A stretch of 64,000 bases of DNA. It comes from the human T2T-CHM13v2.0 reference genome, Homo sapiens. Position 1 is the stretch's first letter. Every line of letters starts with the position of its first letter. The position numbers were made by a program, and so were the translations under genes. A model generated the notes under the pieces. That model worked only from the letters and a program-made list of their open reading frames with translations. It was not told where the DNA came from and searched no databases. Positions 1 to 11,729 of this stretch are shown here, piece after piece. The stretch lies in NCBI RefSeq assembly GCF_009914755.1, contig NC_060935.1; one strand, written 5' to 3'.

Positions 1-123
1 TCTCAGAAACTACTTTGTGATGATTGCATTCGACTCACAGAGTTGAACATTCCTATAGATAGAGCAGGTTGTAAACAATCTTTTTGTAGAATCTGCGATT
101 GGAGATTTGGACTGCTTTGAGGC

Positions 124-140
124 CTACTGTAGTAAAGGAA
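124..140 (+). other. Diverged A-type box CTACTGTAGTAAAGGAA
   Basis: Homologous position (295-171), no CpG, AAAGGAA ending typical of A-type monomers. Confidence 0.7.
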
Positions 141-294
141 ATAACTTCATCTAAAAACCAAACGGAAGCATTCACAGACAATTCTTAGTGATCATTGGAT
201 TGAACTAACAGAGCTGAACATTCCTTTAGATGGAGTAGTTTCCAAACACACTTTCTGTAGAATCTGCAAGTGGATATTTGGACTTCTCTGAGGA

Positions 295-311
295 TTTCGT
301 TGGAAACGGGA
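295..311 (+). promoter_or_regulatory. Intact CENP-B box #1 (TTTCGTTGGAAACGGGA), once per HOR
   Basis: Matches all nine essential bases of nTTCGnnnnAnnCGGGn; recurs every 850 bp (1145, 1995 ...). Confidence 0.95.
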
Positions 312-461
312 TAAACTTCCCAGAACTACACGGAAGCATTGTGAGAAACTTCTTTGTGATGTTTGCATTCAACTCACAGAGTTGAACCTTGCTTTCATAG
401 TTCAGCTTTCAAACACTCTTTTTGTAGAATCTGCAAGTGGATATTTGGACCACTTTGTGGC

Positions 462-478
462 CTTCCTTCGAAACGGGT
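462..478 (+). promoter_or_regulatory. Degenerate CENP-B box (CTTCCTTCGAAACGGGT), fixed in the HOR and predicted non-binding
   Basis: Sits at the box position of a B-type monomer but has TTCC instead of the essential TTCG in every copy read. Confidence 0.85.
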
Positions 479-632
479 ATATCTTCACATCAAACCTAGA
501 CAGAAGCATTCTCAGAATGTTTCCTGTGATGACTGCATTCAACTCACAGAGGTGAACAATCCTGCTGATGGAGCAGTTTTGAAACTCTCTTTCTTTGGAT
601 TCTGCAAGTGGATATGTGGACCTCTGTGAAGA

Positions 633-649
633 TTTCGTTGGAAACGGGT
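633..649 (+). promoter_or_regulatory. Intact CENP-B box #2 (TTTCGTTGGAAACGGGT), once per HOR
   Basis: Matches nTTCGnnnnAnnCGGGn; 338 bp after box #1 and 512 bp before the next box #1. Confidence 0.95.
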
Positions 650-803
650 TCATCTTCACAGAAAAACTAAACAGGAGCATTCTCAGAAACTGCTTTGTGA
701 TGTTTGTGTTCCACTTCAAGAATTGAACTTTCCTCTTGACAGAGCAGCTCTGAAACCCTCTTTTTCTAGAATCTGCAAGTGGACATTTGGAGGGCTTTGA
801 GGC

Positions 804-820
804 CTGTGGTGGAAAAGGAA
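804..820 (+). other. A-type (pJalpha-like) box CTGTGGTGGAAAAGGAA
   Basis: Position homologous to the CENP-B box (633+171), with the GGTG.AAAAGGAA signature of A-type monomers. Confidence 0.75.
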
Positions 821-3800
821 AATCTTCACATAAAAACTAGATGGAAGCATTCTCAGAAACTACTTTGTGATGATTGCATTCGACTCACAGTGTTGAACAT
901 TCCTATAGATAGAGCAGGTTGTAAACAATCTTTTTGTAGAATCTGCGATTGGAGATTTGGACTGCTTTGAGGCCTACTGTAGTAAAGGAAATAACTTCAT
1001 CTAAAAACCAAACGGAACCATTCACAGACAATTCTTAGTGATCATTGGATTGAACTAACAGAGCTGAACATTCCTTTAGATGGAGCAGTTTCCAAACCCA
1101 CTTTCTGTAGAATCTGCAAGTGGATATTTGGACTTCTCTGAGGATTTCGTTGGAAACGGGATAAACTTCCCAGAACTACACGGAAGCATTGTGAGAAACT
1201 TCTTTGTGATGTTTGCATTCAACTCACAGAGTTGAACCTTGCTTTCATATTTCAGCTTTCAAACACTCTTTTTGTAGAATCTGCAAGTGGATATTTGGAC
1301 CACTTTGTGGCCTTCCTTCGAAACGGGTATATCTTCACATCAAACCTAGACAGAAACATTCTCAGAATGTTTCCTGTGATGACTGCATTCAACTCACAGA
1401 GGTGAACAATCCTGCTGATGGAGCAGTTTTGAAACTCTCTTTCTTTGGATTCTGCAAGTGGATATGTGGACCTCTGTGAAGATTTCGTTGGAAACGGGTT
1501 CATCTTCACAGAAAAACTAAACAGAAGCATTCTCAGAAACTGCTTTGTGATGTTTGTGTTCCACTTCAGGAATTGAACTTTCCTCTTGACAGAGCAGCTC
1601 TGAAACCCTCTTATTCTAGAATCTGCAAGTGGACATTTGGAGGGCTTTGAGGCCTGTGGTGGAAAAGGAAAATCTTCACATAAAAACTAGATGGAAGCAT
1701 TCTCAGAAACTACTTTGTGATGATTGCATTCGACTCACAGAGTTGAACATTCCTATAGATAGAGCAGGTTGTAAACAATCTTTTTTTAGAATCTGCGATT
1801 GGAGATTTGGACTGCTTTGAGGCCTACTGTAGTAAAGGAAATAACTTCATCTAAAAACCAAACGGAAGCATTCACAGACAATTCTTAGTGATCATTGGAT
1901 TGAACTAACAGAGCTGAACATTCCTTTAGATGGAGCAGTTTCCAAACCCACTTTCTGTAGAATCTGCAAGTGGATATTTGGACTTCTCTGAGGATTTCGT
2001 TGGAAACGGGATAAACTTCCCAGAACTACACGGAAGCATTGTGAGAAACTTCTTTGTGATGTTTGCATTCAACTCACAGAGTTGAACCTTGCTTTCATAG
2101 TTCAGCTTTCAAACACTCTTTTTGTAGAATCTGCAAGTGGATATTTGGACCACTTTGTGGCCTTCCTTCGAAACGGGTATATCTTCACATCAAACCTAGA
2201 GAGAAGCATTCTCAGAATGTTTCCTGTGACGACTGCATTCAACTCACAGAGGTGAACAATCCTGCTGATGGAGCAGTTTTGAAACTCTCTTTCTTTGGAT
2301 TCTGCAAGTGGATATGTGGACCTCTGTGAAGATTTCGTTGGAAACGGGTTCATCTTCACAGAAAAACTAAACAGAAGCATTCTCAGAAACTGCTTTGTGA
2401 TGTTTGTGTTCCACTTCAGGAATTGAACTTTCCTCTTGACAGAGCAGCTCTGAAACCCTCTTATTCTAGAATCTGCAAGTGGACATTTGGAGGGCTTTGA
2501 GGCCTGTGGTGGAAAAGGAAAATCTTCACATAAAAACTAGATGGAAGCATTCTCAGAAACTACTTTGTGATAATTGCATTCGACTCACAGAGTTGAACAT
2601 TCCTATAGATAGAGCAGGTTGTAAACAATCTTTTTGTAGAATCTGCGATTGGAGATTTGGACTGCTTTGAGGCCTACTGTAGTAAAGGAAATAACTTCAT
2701 CTAAAAACCAAACGGAAGCATTCACAGACAATGCTTAGTGATCATTGCATTGAACTAACAGAGCTGAACATTCCTTTAGATGGAGCAGTTTCCAAACACA
2801 CTTTCTGTATAACCTGCAAGTGGATATTTGGACCTCTCTGAGGATTTCGTTGGAAACGGGATAAACTTCCCAGAACTACACGGAAGCATTGTGAGAAACT
2901 TCTTTGTGATGTTTGCATTCAACTCACAGAGTTGAACCTTGCTTTCATACTTCAGCTTTCAAACACTCTTTTTGTAGAATCTGCAAGTGGATATTTGGAC
3001 CACTTTGTGGCCTTCCTTCGAAACGGGTATATATTCACAACAAACCTAGACAGAAGCATTCTCAGAATGTTTCCTGTGATGACTGCATTCAACTCACAGA
3101 GGTGAACAATCCTGCTGATGGAGCAGTTTTGAAACTCTCTTTCTTTGGATTCTGCAAGTGGATATGTGGACCTCTGTGAAGATTTCGTTGGAAACGGGTT
3201 CATCTTCACAGAAAAACTAAACAGAAACATTCTCAGAAACTGCTTTGTGATGTTTGTGTTCCACTTCAGGAATTGAACTTTCCTCTTGACAGAGCAGCTC
3301 TGAAACCCTCTTATTCTAGAATGTGCAAGTGGACATTTGGAGGGCTTTGAGGCCTGTGGTGGAAAAGGAAAATCTTCACATAAAAACTAGATGGAAGCAT
3401 TCTCAGAAACTACTTTGTGATGATTGCATTCGACTCACAGAGTTGAACATTCCTATAGATAGAGCAGGTTGTAAACAATCTTTTTGTACAATCTGCGATT
3501 GGAGATTTGGACTGCTTTGAGGCCTACTGTAGTAAAGGAAATAACTTCATCTAAAAACCAAACGGAAGCATTCACAGACAATTCTTAGTGATCATTGGAT
3601 TGAACTAACAGAGCTGAACATTCCTTTAGATGGCGCAGTTTCCAAACACACTTTCTGTAGAATCTGCAAGTGGATATTTGGACTTCTCTGAGGATTTCGT
3701 TGGAAACGGGATAAACTTCCCAGAACTACACGGAAGCATTGTGAGAAACTTCTTTGTGATGTTTGCATTCAACTCACAGAGTTGAACCTTGCTTTCATAG

Positions 3801-6800
3801 TTCAGCTTTCAAACACTCTTTTTGTAGAATCTGCAAGTGGATATTTGGACCACTTTGTGGCCTTCCTTCGAAACGGGTATATCTTCACATCAAACCTAGA
3901 CAGAAGCATTCTCAGAATGTTTCCTGTGATGACTGCATTCAACTCACAGAGGTGAACAATCCTGCTGATGGAGCAGTTTTGAAACTCTCTTTCTTTGGAT
4001 TCTGCAAGTGGATATGTGGACCTCTGTGAAGATTTCGTTGGAAACGGGTTCATCTTTACAGAAAAACTAAACAGGAGCATTCTCAGAAACTGCTTTGTGA
4101 TGTTTGTGTTCCACTTCAAGAATTGAACTTTCCTCTTGACAGAGCAGCTCTGAAACCCTCTTATTCTAGAATCTGCAAGTGGACATTTGGAGGGCTTTGA
4201 GGCCTGTGTGGAAAAGGAAAATCTTCACATAAAAACTAGATGGAAGCATTCTCAGAAACTAATTTGTGATGATTGCATTCGACTCACAGAGTTGAACATT
4301 CCTATAGATAGAGCAGGTTGTAAACAATCTTTTTGTAGAATCTGCGATTGGAGATTTGGACTGCTTTGAGGCCTACTGTAGTAAAGGAAATAACTTCATC
4401 TAAAAACCAAACGGAAGCATTCACAGACAATTCTTAGTGATCATTGGATTGAACTAACAGAGCTGAACATTCCTTTAGATGGAGCAGTTTCCAAACCCAC
4501 TTTCTGTAGAATCTGCAAGTGGATATTTGGACTTCTCTGAGGATTTCGTTGGAAACGGGATAAACTTCCCAGAACTACACGGAAGCATTGTGAGAAACTT
4601 CTTTGTGATGTTTGCATTCAAGTCACAGAGTTGAACCTTACTTTCATAGTTCAGCTTTCAAACACTCTTTTTGTAGAATCTGCAAGTGGATATTTGGACC
4701 ACTTTGTGGCCTTCCTTCGAAACGGGTATATCTTCACATCAAACCTAGACAGAAGCATTCTCAGAATGTTTCCTGTGATGACTGCATTCAACTCACAGAG
4801 GTGAACAATCCTGTTGATGGAGCAGTTTTGAAACTCTCTTTCTTTGGATTCTGCAAGTGGATATGTGGACCTCTGTGAAGATTTCGTTGGAAACGGGTTC
4901 ATCTTCACAGAAAAACTAAACAGGAGCATTCTCAGAAACTGCTTTGTGATGTTTGTGTTCCACTTCAGGAATTGAACTTTCCTCTTGACAGAGCAGCTCT
5001 GAAACCCTCTTATTCTAGAATCTGCAAGTGGACATTTGGAGGGCTTTGAGGCCTGTGGTGGAAAAGGAAAATCTTCACATAAAAACTAAATGGAAGCATT
5101 CTCAGAAACTACTTTGTGATGATTGCATTCGACTCACAGAGTTGAACATTCCTATAGATAGAGCAGGTTGTAAACAATCTTTTTGTAGAATCTGCGATTG
5201 GAGATTTGGACTGCTTTGAGGCCTACTGTAGTAAAGGAAATAACTTCATCTAAAAACCAAACGGAAGCAATCACAGACAATTCATAGTGATCATTGGATT
5301 GAACTAACAGAGCTGAACATTCCTTTAGATGGAGCAGTTTCCAAACCCACTTTCTGTAGAATCTGCAAGTGGATATTTGGACTTCTCTGAGGATTTCGTT
5401 GGAAACGGGATAAACTTCCCAGAACTACACGGAAGCATTGTGAGAAACTTCTTTGTGATGTTTGCATTCAACTCACAGAGTTGAACCTTGCTTTCATAGT
5501 TCAGCTTTCAAACACTCTTTTTGTAGAATCTGCAAGTGGATATTTGGACCACTTTGTGGCCTTCCTTCGAAACGGGTATATCTTCACATCAAACCTAGAC
5601 AGAAGCATTCTCAGAATGTTTCCTGTGATGACTGCATTCAATTCACAGAGGTGAACAATCCTGTTGATGGAGCAGTTTTGAAACTCTCTTTCTTTGGATT
5701 CTGCAAGTCGATATGTGGACCTCTGTGAAGATTTCGTTGGAAACGGGTTCATCTTCACAGAAAAACTAAACAGAAGCATTCTCAGAAACTGCTTTGTGAT
5801 GTTTGTGTTCCACTTCAAGAATTGAACTTTCCTCTTGACAGAGCAGCTCTGAAACCCTCTTTTTCTAGAATCTGCAAGTGGACATTTGGAGGGCTTTGAG
5901 GCCTGTGGTGGAAAAGGAAAATCTTCACATAAAAACTAGATGGAAGCATTCTCAGAAACTACTTTGTGATGATTGCATTCGACTCACAGAGTTGAACATT
6001 CCTATAGATAGAGCAGGTTGTAAACAATCTTTTTGTAGAATCTGCGATTGGAGATTTGGACTGCTTTGAGGCCTACAGTAGTAAAGGAAATAACTTCATC
6101 TAAAAACCAAACGGAAGCATTCACAGACAATTCTTAGTGATCATTGCATTGAACTAACAGAGCTGAACATTCCTTTAGATGGCGCAGTTTCCAAACACAC
6201 TTTCTTTAGAATCTGCAAGTGGATATTAGGACTTCTCTGAGGATTTCGTTGGAAACGGGATAAACTTCCCAGAACTACACGGAAGCATTGTGAGAAACTT
6301 CTTTGTGATGTTTGCATTCAACTCACAGAGTTGAATCTTGCTTTCATAGTTCAGCTTTCAAACACTCTTTTTGTGGAATCTGCAAGTGGATATTTGGACC
6401 ACTTTGTGGCCTTCCTTCGAAACGGGTATATCTTCACATCAAACCTAGACAGAAGCATTCTCAGAATGTTTCCTGTGATGACTGCATTCAACTCACAGAG
6501 GTGAACAATCCTGTTGATGGAGCAGTTTTGAAACTCTCTTTCTTTGGATTCTGCAAGTGGATATGTGGACCTCTGTGAAGATTTCGTTGGAAACGGGTTC
6601 ATCTTCACAGAAAAACTAAACAGAAGCATTCTCAGAAACTGCTTTGTGATGTTTGTGTTCCACTTCAGGAATTGAACTTTCCTCTTGACAGAGCAGCTCT
6701 GAAACCCTCTTATTCTAGAATCTGCAAGTGGACATTTGGAGGGCTTTGAGGCCTGTGGTGGAAAAGGAAAATCTTCACATAAAAACTAGATGGAAGCATT

Positions 6801-9800
6801 CTCAGAAACTACTTTGTGATGATTGCATTCGACTCACAGAGTTGAACATTCCTATAGATAGAGCAGGTTGTAAACAATCTTTTTGTAGAATCTGCGATTG
6901 GAGATTTGGACTGCTTTGAGGCCTACTGTAGTAAAGGAAATAACTTCATCTAAAAACCAAACGGAAGCATTCACAGACAATTCTTAGTGATCATTGCATT
7001 GAACTAACAGAGCTGAACATTCCTTTAGATGGAGCAGTTTCCAAACACACTTTCTGTAGAATCTGCAAGTGGATATTTGGACTTCTCTGAGGATTTCGTT
7101 GGAAACGGGATAAACTTCCCAGAACTACACGGAAGCATTGTCAGAAACTTCTTTGTGATGTTTCCATTCAACTCACAGAGTTGAACCTTGCTTTCATAGT
7201 TCAGCTTTCAAACACTCTTTTTGTAGAATCTGCAAGTGGATATTTGGACCACTTTGTGGCCTTCCTTCGAAACGGGTATATCTTCACATCAAACCTAGAC
7301 AGAAGCATTCTCAGAATGTTTCCTGTGAAGACTGCATTCAACTCACAGAGATGAACAATCCTGTTGATGGAGCACTTTGGAAACTCTCTTTCTTTGGATT
7401 CTGCAAGTTGATATGTGGACCTCTGGAAGATTTCGTTGGAAACGGGTTCATCTTCACAGAAAAACTAAACAGAAGCATTCTCAGAAACTGCTTTGTGATG
7501 TTTGTGTTCCACTTCAAGAATTGAACTTTCCTCTTGACAGAGCAGCTCTGAAACCCTCTTTTTCTAGAATCTGCAAGTGGACATTTGGAGGGCTTTGAGG
7601 CCTGTGGTGTAAAAGGAAAATCTTCACATAAAAACTAGATGGAAGCATTCTCAGAAACTACTTTGTGATGATTGCATTCGACTCACAGAGTTGAACATTC
7701 CTATAGATAGAGCAGGTTGTAAACAATCTTTTTGTAGAATCTGCGATTGGAGATTTGGACTGCTTTGAGGCCTACAGTAGTAAAGGAAATAACTTCATCT
7801 AAAAACCAAACGGAAGCATTCACAGACAATTCTTAGTGATCATTGCATTGAACTAACAGAGCTGAACATTCCTTTAGATGGCGCAGTTTCCAAACACACT
7901 TTCTGTAGAATCTGCAAGTGGATATTAGGACTTCTCTGAGGATTTCGTTGGAAACGGGATAAACTTCCCAGAACTACACGGAAGCATTGTGAGAAACTTC
8001 TTTGTGATGTTTGCATTCAACTCACAGAGTTGAACCTTGCTTTCATAGTTCAGCTTTCAAACACTCTTTTTGTAGAATCTGCAAGTGGATATTTGGACCA
8101 CTTTGTGGCCTTCCTTCGAAACGGGTATATCTTCACATCAAACCTAGACAGAAGCATTCTCAGAATGTTTCCTGTGATGACTGCATTCAACTCACAGAGG
8201 TGAACAATCCTGTTGATGGAGCAGTTTTGAAACTCTCTTTCTTTGGATTCTGCAAGTGGATATGTGGACCTCTGTGAAGATTTCGTTGGAAACGGGTTCA
8301 TCTTCACAGAAAAACTAAACAGAAGCATTCTCAGAAACTGCTTTGTGATGTTTGTGTTCCACTTCAGGAATTGAACTTTCCTCTTGACAGAGCAGCTCTG
8401 AAACCCTCTTATTCTAGAATCTGCAAGTGGACATTTGGAGGGCTTTGAGGCCTGTGGTGGAAAAGGAAAGTCTTCACATAAAAACTAGATGGAAGCATTC
8501 TCAGAAACTACTTTGTGATGATTGCATTCGACTCACAGAGCTGAACATTCCTATAGATAGAGCAGGTTGTAAACAATCTTTTTGTAGAATCTGCGATTGG
8601 AGATTTGGACTGCTTTGAGGCCTACTGTAGTAAAGGAAATAACTTCATCTAAAAACCAAACGGAAGCATTCACAGACAATTCTTAGTGATCATTGCATTG
8701 AACTAACAGAGCTGAACATTCCTTTAGATGGAGCAGTTTCCAAACACACTTTCTGTAGAACCTGCAAGTGGATATTTGGACTTCTCTGAGGATTTCGTTG
8801 GAAACGGGATAAACTTCCCAGAACTACACGGAAGCATTGTGAGAAACTTCTTTGTGATGTTTGCATTCAACTCACAGAGTTGAACCTTGCTTTCATAGTT
8901 CAGCTTTCAAACACTCTTTTTGTAGAATCTGCAAGTGGATATTTGGACCACTTTGTGGCCTTCCTTCGAAACGGGTATATCTTCACATCAAACCTAGACA
9001 GAAGCATTCTCAGAATGTTTCCTGTGATGACTGCATTCAACTCACAGAGGTGAACAATCCTGTTGATGGAGCAGTTTTGAAACTCTCTTTCTTTGGATTC
9101 TGCAAGTGGATATGTGGACCTCTGTGAAGATTTCGTTGGAAACGGGTTCATCTTCACAGAAAAACTAAACAGAAGCATTCTCAAAAACTACTTTGTGATG
9201 TTTGTGTTCCACTTCAAGAATTGAACTTTCCTCTTGACAGAGCAGCTCTGAAAACCTCTTTTTCTAGAATCTGCAAGTGGACATTTGGAGGGCTTTGAGG
9301 CCTGTGGTGGAAAAGGAAAATCTTCACATAAAAACTAGATGGAAGCATTCTCAGAAACTACTTTGTGATGATTGCATTCGACTCACAGAGTTGAACATTC
9401 CTATAGATAGAGCAGGTTGTAAACAATCTTTTTGTAGAATCTGCGATTGGAGATTTGGACTGCTTTGAGGCCTACTGTAGTAAAGAAAATAACTTCATCT
9501 AAAAACCAAACGGAAGCATTCACAGACAATTCTTAGTGATCATTGGATTGAACTAACAGAGCTGAACATTCCTTTAGATGGAGCAGTTTCCAAACCCACT
9601 TTCTGTAGAATCTGCAAGTGGATATTTGGACTTCTGTGAGGATTTCGTTGGAAACGGGATAAACTTCCCAGAACTACACGGAAGCATTGTGAGAAACTTC
9701 TTTGTGATGTTTGCATTCAACTCACAGAGTTGAACCTTGCTTTCATAGTTCAGCTTTCAAACACTCTTTTTGTAGAATCTGCAAGTGGATATTTGGACCA

Positions 9801-11729
9801 CTTTGAGGCCTTCCTTCGAAACGGGTATATCTTCACATCAAACCTAGAGAGAAGCATTCTCAGAATGTTTCCTGTGATGACTGCATTCAACTCACAGAGG
9901 TGAACAATCCTGCTGATGGAGCAGTTTTGAAACTCTCTTTCTTTGGTTTCTGCAAGTGGATATGTGGACCTCTGTGAAGATTTCGTTGGAAACGGGTTCA
10001 TCTTCACAGAAAAACTAAACAGAAGCATTCTCAGAAACTGCTTTGTGATGTTTGTGTTCCACTTCAGGAATTGAACTTTCCTCTTGACAGAGCAGCTCTG
10101 AAACCCTCTTATTCTAGAATCTGCAAGTGGACATTTGGAGGGCTTTGAGGCCTGTGGTGTAAAAGGAAAATCTTCACATAAAAACTAGATGGAAGCATTC
10201 TCAGAAACTACTTTGTGATAATTGCATTCGACTCACAGAGTTGAACATTCCTATAGATAGAGCAGGTTGTAAACAATCTTTTTGTAGAATCTGCGATTGG
10301 AGATTTGGACTGCTTTGAGGCCTACTGTAGTAAAGGAAATAACTTCATCTAAAAACCAAACGGAAGCATTCACAGACAATTCTTAGTGATCATTGCATTG
10401 AACTAACAGAGCTGAACATTCCTTTAGATGGAGCAGTTTCCAAACACACTTTCTGTAGAACCTGCAAGTGGATATTTGGACCTCTCTGAGGATTTCGTTG
10501 GAAACGGGATAAACTTCCCAGAACTACACGGAAGCATTGTGAGAAACTTTTTTTTGATGTTTGCATTCAACTCACAGAGTTGAACCTTTCTTTCATAGTT
10601 CAGCTTTCAAACACTCTTTTTGTAGAATCTGCAAGTGGATATTTGGACCACTTTGTGGCCTTCCTTCGAAACGGGTATATCTTCACATCAAACCTAGACA
10701 GAAGCATTCTCAGAATGTTTCCTGTGATGACTGCATTCAACTCACAGAGGTGAACAATCCTGCTGATGGAGCAGTTTTGAAACTCTCTTTCTTTGGATTC
10801 TGCAAGTGGATATGTGGACCTCTGTGAAGATTTCGTTGGAAACGGGTTCATCTTCACAGAAAAACTAAACAGAAACATTCTCAGAAACTGCTTTGTGATG
10901 TTTGTGTTCCACTTCAGGAATTGAACTTTCCTCTTGACAGAGCAGCTCTGAAACCCTCTTATTCTAGAATCTGCAAGTGGACATTTGGAGGGCTTTGAGG
11001 CCTGTGGTGGAAAAGGAAAATCTTCACATAAAAACTAGATGGAAGCATTCTCAGAAACTACTTTGTGATGATTGCATTCGACTCACAGAGTTGAACATTC
11101 CTATAGATAGAGCAGGTTGTAAACAATCTTTTTGTACAATCTGCGATTGGAGATCTGGACTGCTTTGAGGCCTACTGTAGTAAAGGAAATAACTTCATCT
11201 AAAAACCAAACGGAAGCATTCACAGACAATTCTTAGTGATCATTGGATTGAACTAACAGAGCTGAACATTCCTTTAGATGGCGCAGTTTCCAAACACACT
11301 TTCTGTAGAATCTGCAAGTGGATATTTGGACTTCTCTGAGGATTTCGTTGGAAACGGGATAAACTTCCCAGAACTACACGGAAGCATTGTGAGAAACTTC
11401 TTTGTGATGTTTGCATTCAACTCACAGAGTTGAACCTTGCTTTCATAGTTCAGCTTTCAAACACTCTTTTTGTAGAATCTGCAAGTGGATATTTGGACCA
11501 CTTTGTGGCCTTCCTTCGAAACGGGTATATCTTCACATCAAACCTAGACAGAAGCATTCTCAGAATGTTTCCTGTGATGACTGCATTCAACTCACAGAGG
11601 TGAACAATCCTGCTGATGGAGCAGTTTTGAAACTCTCTTTCTTTGGATTCTGCAAGTGGATATGTGGACCTCTGTGAAGATTTCGTTGGAAACGGGTTCA
11701 TCTTCACAGAAAAACTAAACAGAAACATT

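Larger units (their letters stand above)
169..1018 (+). repeat. Representative HOR unit of five monomers: 169-336 (168 bp), 337-506 (170), 507-677 (171), 678-847 (170), 848-1018 (171)
   Basis: Boundaries taken at the conserved (AAG)CATT motif at 169, 337, 507, 678, 848 and 1019; lengths sum to 850. Box order B,B,B,A,A fits SF3 monomers W1-W5 (naming inferred). Confidence 0.9.

Noticed and set aside
6073-6081. CTACTGTAG>CTACAGTAG as a hairpin-mediated micro-inversion
   Set aside because: The variant equals the reverse complement, but the arms are only 4 bp and it cannot be told apart from a single T>A substitution inherited through duplication.
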